Positions 23,909 to 31,734 of a DNA stretch of 47,741 nt are shown here, one piece after another. Origin of the DNA: an uncultured Bacteroidales bacterium (GTDB lineage: Bacteria; Bacteroidota; Bacteroidia; Bacteroidales; UBA10428). Every line of letters begins with the position of its first letter. Within the stretch, counting starts at the first letter, position 1. The position numbers were made by a program, and so were the translations under genes. The notes below the pieces were generated by a model. That model made no database searches, was not told the origin of the DNA, and saw nothing but the letters and a program-made list of their open reading frames with translations. The stretch lies in NCBI GenBank assembly GCA_964416375.1, contig CAYQDZ010000003.1, positions 1 to 47,741 on the forward strand. Direction: 5' to 3'.

Positions 23909-23909
23909 T

Positions 23910-25649
23910 CTATTCTTTGGATTCAATAGATAAGAGATTACGCATCTTCTGTAATAGAATTTCAACTTCAAATGGTTTGGAAATGTACTCATTCATACCG
24001 GCGGCAAGACATGATTCCTTATCGCCCGATAGAGCATTGGCAGTAATAGCAATTATTGGTGTATGTGTATTTGTACTCGATTCCAGCTCACGAATTTTTT
24101 TCGTGGCGAGTATTCCATTCATTACAGGCATTTGGATGTCCATAAGAATCAGGTCATATTTTGTTGTTCCAAACTTATTTAATGCTTCTTTTCCGTTGTT
24201 GGCAACTTCAATATTCTTGACTTTATTTTTCAGGCTGAGCAGTACAATTTTCTGGTTGATGGAATTGTCTTCAACAAGAAGGATATTAGAATCTTCAAGT
24301 TTCTGACTGACAGCAGGGTGGATGAGATGACTGGGCTTTGATTCTGTCGATTCTTTCAGTGTATTATCATTATTCAGAAGAAAAGTAAGAGTGATCTTTG
24401 TAGAATCGTTTTTTGACTGAACTTCAAAATTACCATGGTAATGCTGTACTATTTTTCTCGCAATGCTGAAATTAAGATAATTTTTTTGAAAATCACTTTT
24501 CGTTTGTATCGGTCCGACAGGTGAAATGAAGTAATTGTCCTTTTCGTCTTTTTTTAATTTTAACATTGGACAAATCACTTCAAATTCTAATTTACTATAT
24601 TCAATATTTTCGGCAGATACATTTACATGAATTTGAATTTTTGGCCTATCCTTAAAATCAACTTTAAGTAAATTCTCAAAAAGATTTAAAATTAATTGCT
24701 TGATTCTTATTGGGTTACCAATATAATGTGTTTTTGGGGAGTTTATTTTTGATTGGATTTCCAGTTTATCCTTATGCTGATTTTTGAACAGAGAAATTGT
24801 ATTGTCAATGGTTGATTCAATATTAAAACTCACCTGATTCTTATTATCATCATCGATATTAATAGTTGATATCTGTACAATATTATTAACCACATCAACA
24901 AGGTTATTTGTAGAGGCAATGATAGTATCAAAAAGATCTTCCTGGTCTGCAGGCAATTTACTTCGATCAACCAGATTGGCAATGAGTGTTATATTATTCA
25001 AAGGGGTTCTTATCTGGTGGGACAGTTTTGATAAAAAATCGTCTTTGCGTTTGCTTTCATTTCTGCTCTCAGCAATCCATTTTTGCATTGTTTTCTGATT
25101 TTGGATCTGAAGAAATTCATAGGTATAAATTATGGCATGGATCGAAACATAAGCACCAATAATTCTCAGACTGAAGCTCAACTCATAATCCGGAAGTGCA
25201 GGCAGGAACAGATTAAGGTAGCAAATTAAGGTAATACATATCAGAAATACCAAAGATACTCTGGTCCCATTATCAAGACCCTTAAGTGCAACAGCCAGAA
25301 TAGGAAAAGGAAAAATCCACAGAAAACCTGTTCCAAACGCTCCGCCGGTAGCCAGACAATACAACAACACAAATGCAGTGATTATCAGAATAAAAGTTGA
25401 GAATAAATTTGTTTTTGATGATCTGAAAAGAAAGTAATACACCAAATACGTAAGTGCTGATGCTGTGCCCAATACCAGAGCCAGAAGATAGTTTTCGTTG
25501 ATTATGGCGATAATACAAAAAGCAAGATAGAAAATCAGTGAAATAACGGATGCATAGCTGATTATAATTATCTTCTTAGTAATCTCCAGATCAAAGTTGT
25601 CATCAACTTTCTGTAAGAAATAATTTGTCAAATTGTGAAGTAATCCCAT
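23910..25649 (-). CDS. Hybrid sensor histidine kinase / response regulator with a polytopic N-terminus and a degenerate ATP-binding domain
   Basis: 579 aa with about 6 N-terminal TM helices. H-box FLSKLSHQIRTPLNNI. N-box-like NLFENLLKV. I could not find a DxGxG (G1) or GxGxG (G2) motif where expected (..EFEVICPMLKLKKDE.. and ..QKNYLNFSIARKIV..). C-terminal receiver domain ILLVEDNSINQ...DLILMDIQMPVMNG...ITANAL...KPF. Confidence 0.85.
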   Translation of the reverse strand: MGLLHNLTNYFLQKVDDNFDLEITKKIIIISYASVISLIFYLAFCIIAIINENYLLALVLGTASALTYLVYYFLFRSSKTNLFSTFILIITAFVLLYCLATGGAFGTGFLWIFPFPILAVALKGLDNGTRVSLVFLICITLICYLNLFLPALPDYELSFSLRIIGAYVSIHAIIYTYEFLQIQNQKTMQKWIAESRNESKRKDDFLSKLSHQIRTPLNNITLIANLVDRSKLPADQEDLFDTIIASTNNLVDVVNNIVQISTINIDDDNKNQVSFNIESTIDNTISLFKNQHKDKLEIQSKINSPKTHYIGNPIRIKQLILNLFENLLKVDFKDRPKIQIHVNVSAENIEYSKLEFEVICPMLKLKKDEKDNYFISPVGPIQTKSDFQKNYLNFSIARKIVQHYHGNFEVQSKNDSTKITLTFLLNNDNTLKESTESKPSHLIHPAVSQKLEDSNILLVEDNSINQKIVLLSLKNKVKNIEVANNGKEALNKFGTTKYDLILMDIQMPVMNGILATKKIRELESSTNTHTPIIAITANALSGDKESCLAAGMNEYISKPFEVEILLQKMRNLLSIESKE

Positions 25650-25804
25650 AGTTGGGCAATAGTTTATTACTTATTAAATTTAATTAATAATTGGCATAAA
25701 TAGTAATTTTATTCGTTATTAAAATTACAATGGCATAAGTAATTATTAACCGGGAAGCATTTACAAAATCTGTTTTATTGTTTCTCACTTTGATTTAGAA
25801 AAGG

Positions 25805-25812
25805 TAAATTTG
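25805..25812 (+). promoter_or_regulatory. Candidate -7 box (TAAATTTG) for the 25825-26508 gene
   Basis: Exact TAnnTTTG match. It overlaps the TTG the ORF track used as start, so the real start is downstream. No well-spaced -33 TTG was seen. Confidence 0.35.
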
Positions 25813-25824
25813 TTTAAGAAGGAT

Positions 25825-26508
25825 ATGTATACTATGAGATATTTCAACGGATTTATTTTTTTCATTCTGATCAATCCATGTATTTTTTCTCAGGTTGATT
25901 CTGTGAATTTGATTGAATATAGTAATGATTTTCAGTTTAATGAAGGACTGTACATTAATTTTAGCGGTGTTAAAACCAATTCACCTCTGCCAAAATCAAG
26001 AATAATATCGGAATATGATTACAATGATCCGGATTTTTTTGATAAGGTATTAGCAAAATCTAAAGTCTATTATTACGATAACATTGGGAACAGAAATGAA
26101 TTAAATCCGGATAAAATATGGGGATATTCGCGAAACGGATTTATCTATATAAACATTGATAATGATTTTTTCAGAATAACTTTAATAGGTTCTGTCTGTC
26201 ATTTTATTGCCAGTCATACCACGTATTCAGATTATTACAATTCACCCTATTATTACAATTCATTTTATGACCCATATCGTATGCCACCTGCTTCTTATCC
26301 GACAACAGAAATGAGGCAATATTTGCTGGATTTCAATTCGGGCAGCGTTTTTGACTATACTTATCAAACCATTGAAGCCCTCCTGATGCAGGATCCGGAA
26401 TTGCACGATGAATTTGTTGCATTGAGCAAGAAGAAGAAGAAACAACTCAAATTTGTATACATCCGTAAATACAATGAAAAAAATCCTCTGTACTTTCCAA
26501 AAAACTAA
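25825..26508 (+). CDS. Secreted hypothetical protein with a Tyr/Pro-rich segment
   Basis: In-frame ATG at 25825 (or 25834) downstream of the -7 box. Signal-like MRYFNGFIFFILINPCIFSQ. Aromatic-rich stretch SDYYNSPYYYNSFYDPYRMPPASYP. No family recognised. Confidence 0.6.
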   Translation: MYTMRYFNGFIFFILINPCIFSQVDSVNLIEYSNDFQFNEGLYINFSGVKTNSPLPKSRIISEYDYNDPDFFDKVLAKSKVYYYDNIGNRNELNPDKIWGYSRNGFIYINIDNDFFRITLIGSVCHFIASHTTYSDYYNSPYYYNSFYDPYRMPPASYPTTEMRQYLLDFNSGSVFDYTYQTIEALLMQDPELHDEFVALSKKKKKQLKFVYIRKYNEKNPLYFPKN

Positions 26509-26520
26509 AAAGATTACATT

Positions 26521-27369
26521 ATGAAAAAGACAATAATCGGTTTGATTTTCAGTGCCTTATCGGCAATTATTATTGCACAAAGCTATGTACCCAGCAAAGA
26601 TGATATTAATGCATTCTTTAATACAAAGACTATGGTGGTTCTGCTTGACAATCCATTGTTGGAATTTAACATTGTTATTAAGGAAGTAATGGAACAGGAA
26701 TGGGATATTACGGAATTTGAATTTATTACAATAAAAGAATTCGAAGAGCTACGATTTGATCCGCAATATTCATTTTTGTATATGTCAAAAGTTACTTTTG
26801 ATAATGACAAAACAGATGCAATATATAGATTTCTTCATTTATCGCTTGGGGGAAATTATTTCAGAAAAAATCAAATGCCCGATATAGCTTCAGTACCGCT
26901 TGCATACTATAATGTTGAAGAAGATAATTACATTTATAAACTAGCAATACTTGTACGATTTATTCAGAACCATGCAAAACTGCTCAAAGAGCATCCGGAG
27001 ATAGTATCTGCAAATGTGCTTCAGCATTACAATGATAACATGAAGAACATACAGGGAAAGACACTCTATTTGCTTGAAGAAGAACTTTCTGATGATGTCA
27101 ATTCAACAGCAAGGATCAAAAAGGTTTACTCATCTGATTTCAGAATTGTAACCAAGGAAAAAATTACAGAAGCCATTTCAAACAGAGACAACAAAGTAGT
27201 TTTTCTTCATAAAGTCGGACCTGAAGGCACAAAAATTAATGCAAGGTGCTACAAGATCATCATAGGCGCTGCCGATGCCAATTTTTATTACTTTGATTAT
27301 CATAAAATATCAGGTAAGAATTCTGATGGCTTCTTAAGTAAGGATTTTAAAAAGATGGAAAGGAAATAA
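26521..27369 (+). CDS. Secreted hypothetical protein
   Basis: 282 aa, signal peptide MKKTIIGLIFSALSAIIIAQS, 12-nt gap from the upstream gene. No family recognised. Confidence 0.6.
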   Translation: MKKTIIGLIFSALSAIIIAQSYVPSKDDINAFFNTKTMVVLLDNPLLEFNIVIKEVMEQEWDITEFEFITIKEFEELRFDPQYSFLYMSKVTFDNDKTDAIYRFLHLSLGGNYFRKNQMPDIASVPLAYYNVEEDNYIYKLAILVRFIQNHAKLLKEHPEIVSANVLQHYNDNMKNIQGKTLYLLEEELSDDVNSTARIKKVYSSDFRIVTKEKITEAISNRDNKVVFLHKVGPEGTKINARCYKIIIGAADANFYYFDYHKISGKNSDGFLSKDFKKMERK

Positions 27370-27510
27370 GCAAAACTATTAGAATCACTTCTTAATAACC
27401 AGTATTTTTGCATGGATACCAACTTGATGTATGGTGTTTATATATTGTTATTGTGTGAAGTTAAACTCAAATATCTTTTTACTATATTACATGCCAAATA
27501 GGATAGAACT

Positions 27511-28260
27511 ATGAGCTACAGATTTTTTTTTCCTTTGCTTCTTATAGTCTTTTCTAGTGCAGGCCTGTTTTCGCAACAAGAAGATTTTAAATCAACATTG
27601 TTACTTGCAGATAAGTTTTTAGCATCCGGTGATATTACAAGGGCTCTTACAACAATTGAAGATATTCTTGTTAAACAGCCAAACAATATTGATGCACAGG
27701 AAAAGAAAATCAGCATTCTTGTCGGGAATGATAGAAGTAAAGATGCTTATAGAGATGTGGAACAGTATATTATGATGTATTATGATCAACCTGAGTATTA
27801 TTATTTCAGGGCTCTTCTTCATCTTCAAAAGGAAAAATACGGTAAGGCAATTGAAGATTTTGATCATGCGATACAACTGGATATGCCAAAAAGCTCTGTG
27901 TATAAGGTATATCTGAACAGAGGGATGGCTCATTTTTATCTTCAGGATTTTGATTTGGCTGAGAAGGATTTTGATGAAGTATTGGCAATAAATTCAAAAT
28001 CTGCAACAGCGTATCATGGAAAAGGAATGGTAAAATATGAATTGCAGGAATACGATAATGCTGTATTGCAGTTTCAAAAAGCCTTAAAGCTTGAAAATGA
28101 AAATCCCATTACTCATTTCAACCTGGCCATGACCTTTTTCAGGCTTGAAGAAAAAGATAATGCCTGTTATCATTTCAATAGATCATGTTCATTGGGTTTA
28201 AGGAATGCTTGCAGGCTGCTCATGATGGAATGTGCTGAAGAAATAAATATTCCCAAATAA
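27511..28260 (+). CDS. Secreted tetratricopeptide-repeat protein
   Basis: 249 aa, signal peptide MSYRFFFPLLLIVFSSAGLFSQ. Successive 34-aa TPR-like units (..YYFRALLHLQKEKYGKAIEDFDHAIQLD.., ..YLNRGMAHFYLQDFDLAEKDFDEVLAIN.., ..YHGKGMVKYELQEYDNAVLQFQKALKLE..). Confidence 0.8.
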   Translation: MSYRFFFPLLLIVFSSAGLFSQQEDFKSTLLLADKFLASGDITRALTTIEDILVKQPNNIDAQEKKISILVGNDRSKDAYRDVEQYIMMYYDQPEYYYFRALLHLQKEKYGKAIEDFDHAIQLDMPKSSVYKVYLNRGMAHFYLQDFDLAEKDFDEVLAINSKSATAYHGKGMVKYELQEYDNAVLQFQKALKLENENPITHFNLAMTFFRLEEKDNACYHFNRSCSLGLRNACRLLMMECAEEINIPK

Positions 28261-28317
28261 GAATTTAGGTGAATTTCTTATTAATATTAGTGTAAATTTA
28301 TCCTCTTTTCATAGCCG

Positions 28318-30279
28318 ATGGATCTTTCGGTAATTATAGTAAATTATAATGTCAAGTATTTTCTTGAACAATGTCTTCACTCGGTTTATAAATCGATGGA
28401 GGGCATCAGGGGTGAAGTTATTGTAGTGGATAACAATTCTGTTGACGGTTCCTGTCAGATGGTCAAAGAGAAATTTCATGATGTAATACTCATTCGGAAC
28501 AAAAAAAATTGCGGATTTTCTAAAGCAAATAATCAGGGATTTGAAATTTCTAAAGGTAGATATGTTCTGATCCTTAATCCTGATACCATAGTTCAGGAAA
28601 ATACATTTTCCAAATGCATAGGTTTTATGGATGGTCATCCCGATGCGGGAAGCCTTGGAGTTAAAATGATTGATGGCAAAGGCAATTTTTTGCCTGAGTC
28701 GAAAAGATCATTACCAACACCATTGGTTTCTTTTTTCAAAATATTCGGATTATCAGTCCTTTTTCCCAAATCAAAATTATTTGGCAGATATCATCTGGGC
28801 TATCTTGATAATAATAAGATAAATAAAATCGAGATATTACCGGGAGCTTTCATGTTTATAAGAAAATCAGTACTTGAAAAAACCGGGTTTCTTGATGAAA
28901 CATTTTTTATGTATGGCGAGGACATTGATCTGTCCTATAGAATTATCCTTGCCGGCTATAACAATTACTACTTTCCCGAAACCACCATCATTCACTATAA
29001 AGGAGAGAGCACCAAGAAAGGAAGTATAAATTACGTGATGGTTTTTTACAAAGCCATGATCATATTTGCCAGAAAACATTTTTCTGCAAAAAACGCTTTT
29101 CTGTTTAGTTCTCTGATCAATCTTGCGATCTATTTAAGGGCATCATTTTCCATCTTAAGAAGATTTATTTTGAAAATCATTGTTCCGGTTTGTGATGCCA
29201 TTTTAATTTATATTGGTTATTATTTTCTTGAACCTTTTTGGGAAAACATTAAGTTTGGTCAGAAAAATTACTACCCTGAAGAATACCTCAGGTATATAGT
29301 ACCTGCCTATATCCTTGTGTGGTTTTTTTGTTTGTATATATCCGGAGCATATGAAAAACGGGCCCGGTTCATTGATTTGTTGAAAGGAATATCTTTGGGA
29401 ACAATTGTTCTGCTCTTGATTTATGCGCTACTTCCTGAAAGCTTAAGATATTCGAGGGCACTTATTTTATTGGGCACAGGATGGGTGACCATTTCTGTTT
29501 TTTTCACACGCCTTACAGTAGGGCCTCTGTTTAATACTGTAAAACTATCATTTCGCAAGCAAAAAAAGAGAATTGTTATTGTCGGATCACCTGAAGAGAG
29601 CAAAAGAGTATTCTCCATAATGAAAAAAGTGAATACTATTGTTCCATCTCTGGTTGGCTTAGTAGGAAGCGATGATAAACTGAAAGATAATCTCTATATG
29701 GGAGATCTTTCACAACTGAATGAGATTGTGAAGATAAACCGGATAGATGAAATTGTATTCTGTGCTAAGGATATACCTTCTCATAAAATAATTCAAACCA
29801 TGTTAAGTGTAAGTGATACATCTCTGGATTTTAAGATTGCTCCTCCCGAGAGCTTGTCAATTATAGGCAGCAGTTCCATTAATACGGCTGGCGAGTTGTA
29901 TGTTGTTCATTTCAACTCTTTGAGTCATAGTTTTGCCAGGAGAAAAAAACGCCTATTTGATTTCACGGTTTCCATTGTACTGATAATCTCTCTTCCGGTC
30001 ATTTTATTCTTAGTAAAAAATCCTTTGGGATTGATCAGGAATATTACCCTGGCAATCTTAGGATTAAGAACCTGGGTAGGATATTTTAAGACAAATGAGG
30101 ATCATGTGAATGCTCTTCCTCAGATTAAGCAAGGCATTCTTACTCCTATACCTGAATCAAGGAATAAAAACCTAAGCGATGAAACCATAAAGCGTATGAA
30201 TTTGTTGTATGCAAAAGATTACAAAATGAATACTGATTTATCCATACTATTTCGGGATATCAGATATATTGGAAGATAA
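28318..30279 (+). CDS. Family-2 glycosyltransferase fused to a WbaP-like polyprenyl-phosphate glycosylphosphotransferase scaffold with a truncated catalytic domain
   Basis: 653 aa. N-terminal GT2 (LSVIIVNYNVKYFLEQCL...VIVVDNNSVDGS...GFSKANNQG...ILNPDT...FMYGEDIDLSYR). Then about 4 TM helices. Then a CoA-binding-like Rossmann region (KKRIVIVGSPEESKRV...LVGLVGSDDK...YMGDLSQLNEIV...IDEIVFCA). Then KKRLFDFTVSIVLIISLPVILFL, a Bac_transf-type re-entrant helix, with only about 85 further residues to the stop. Confidence 0.75.
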   Translation: MDLSVIIVNYNVKYFLEQCLHSVYKSMEGIRGEVIVVDNNSVDGSCQMVKEKFHDVILIRNKKNCGFSKANNQGFEISKGRYVLILNPDTIVQENTFSKCIGFMDGHPDAGSLGVKMIDGKGNFLPESKRSLPTPLVSFFKIFGLSVLFPKSKLFGRYHLGYLDNNKINKIEILPGAFMFIRKSVLEKTGFLDETFFMYGEDIDLSYRIILAGYNNYYFPETTIIHYKGESTKKGSINYVMVFYKAMIIFARKHFSAKNAFLFSSLINLAIYLRASFSILRRFILKIIVPVCDAILIYIGYYFLEPFWENIKFGQKNYYPEEYLRYIVPAYILVWFFCLYISGAYEKRARFIDLLKGISLGTIVLLLIYALLPESLRYSRALILLGTGWVTISVFFTRLTVGPLFNTVKLSFRKQKKRIVIVGSPEESKRVFSIMKKVNTIVPSLVGLVGSDDKLKDNLYMGDLSQLNEIVKINRIDEIVFCAKDIPSHKIIQTMLSVSDTSLDFKIAPPESLSIIGSSSINTAGELYVVHFNSLSHSFARRKKRLFDFTVSIVLIISLPVILFLVKNPLGLIRNITLAILGLRTWVGYFKTNEDHVNALPQIKQGILTPIPESRNKNLSDETIKRMNLLYAKDYKMNTDLSILFRDIRYIGR

Positions 30280-30285
30280 TTCATA

Positions 30286-31617
30286 ATGAGTAAGATAGAG
30301 CTTATACTTCCCGCTATGGGAGAGGGCATAATTGAGGCAACCATTACAAGATGGCTTGTAAAAGTGGGTGACATGGTGCAGGAGGATGATTCTTTACTCG
30401 AAGTTGCAACAGATAAAGTTGATTCAGAAATACCATCTCCATCATCGGGAGTGGTTTCGCGCATTATTTATCGTGAAGGAGAAATACCAAAAGTAGGAGA
30501 GGTACTTGCAATCATTGAAAGTGAGTTTGAAAAAGAAGAAGAACTTTCTGAAAAATCGCGTGTACCGGGTGCATTAGTTCAAACAATTGATGATACAGAA
30601 AACAGATTAGAGGAAATTGCAGATAAACCACGACAAACAGAAAAACATAAGAAGAAAAAAGAAAAAATTATTGACAACAATCTGCTGATAACTCCTTATA
30701 TCAGGTTCTTTGCCAAGAATAGGGAAATTTCATTTGATGAACTAAGACAAATTAAAGGGACCGGACTTGACGGGCGAATTACGAAGGCAGATTTAAATTC
30801 TTACATCAAATCCGGAAGAAACTTTGAGAAAATTGAAAACAAACAGATTTCAGATGACCAGAATGTAAAAATTTCTCAAGAGGAGACCATGAAAAACGAT
30901 TATACTCTCCGGCCTGGTGAAGAGTTTATCGAAATGGACCGTACCCGAAAATTAATAGCTGATCATATGGTACGCTCCAAGCGTATTTCTCCACATGTCA
31001 CATCCACGGTTGAAATCGATGTAACCTCACTTGTGAATTGGAGAAACAGCAACAAGGATGGTTTTTTAAAAAAGCAGGGAATCAAACTGACCTTTACCCC
31101 GGTTGTAGTTTTAGCTGCCGTAAAAGCATTAAAAGATTTTCCGGGCATTAATATTTCTGTTGCCGGCAACTATATCATACAGAAAAAATACATCAATATT
31201 GGGGTAGCCGCAGCATTACCTGATGGCAACCTTATTGTTCCGGTAATTAAAGACGCTGATGCATGTAATTTTGTTAGTCTGTCTCATCAGGTAGCTGATT
31301 TAGCAAAACGAGCAAGGGAAAGCAAATTGAACCCAACCGATATAAAGGGAGGCACATTTACCATCACCAATATGGGGCGTTACAATAACATTTCAGGTAC
31401 TCCGATAATAAATCAACCTGAGGTAGCCATATTGGCTGTAGGTGCAATAAAGAGAAAACCGGCGGTTGTATCAATCCATGATATTGAGACGATTGGAATA
31501 AGGGATATTATGGTATTATCACTTACTTACGACCATAGAGTTGTTGATGGTTCACTAGGAGGTTCATTTGTACAAACTTTAGGAAAATATTTATCTGAAG
31601 AATTGCCTGATTTTTAG
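30286..31617 (+). CDS. 2-oxoacid dehydrogenase complex E2 component (dihydrolipoamide acyltransferase)
   Basis: 443 aa. Lipoyl domain (..LLEVATDKVDSEIPSPSSG..), E3-binding domain (..LITPYIRFFAKNREISFDELRQIKGTGLDGRITKADL..) and catalytic domain (..LSLTYDHRVVDGSLGGSF..). Substrate specificity cannot be assigned. Confidence 0.9.
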   Translation: MSKIELILPAMGEGIIEATITRWLVKVGDMVQEDDSLLEVATDKVDSEIPSPSSGVVSRIIYREGEIPKVGEVLAIIESEFEKEEELSEKSRVPGALVQTIDDTENRLEEIADKPRQTEKHKKKKEKIIDNNLLITPYIRFFAKNREISFDELRQIKGTGLDGRITKADLNSYIKSGRNFEKIENKQISDDQNVKISQEETMKNDYTLRPGEEFIEMDRTRKLIADHMVRSKRISPHVTSTVEIDVTSLVNWRNSNKDGFLKKQGIKLTFTPVVVLAAVKALKDFPGINISVAGNYIIQKKYINIGVAAALPDGNLIVPVIKDADACNFVSLSHQVADLAKRARESKLNPTDIKGGTFTITNMGRYNNISGTPIINQPEVAILAVGAIKRKPAVVSIHDIETIGIRDIMVLSLTYDHRVVDGSLGGSFVQTLGKYLSEELPDF

Positions 31618-31679
31618 TTTTTTTATCTATAAAAACAAGTATTTAGGGGATTAAGAAGGTACTCTCATGAAATAATAAG

Positions 31680-31708
31680 TTGTGCATAGCAAATTATTTT
31701 TAAATTTG
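31680..31708 (+). promoter_or_regulatory. Candidate Bacteroidota-type promoter for the first PorE-like gene
   Basis: TTG at 31680-31682, an 18-nt spacer, then TAAATTTG at 31701-31708, an exact TAnnTTTG match, 27 nt upstream of the ATG at 31735. Confidence 0.5.
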
Positions 31709-31734
31709 TTAAATACCAACCAATTCGATATAAA

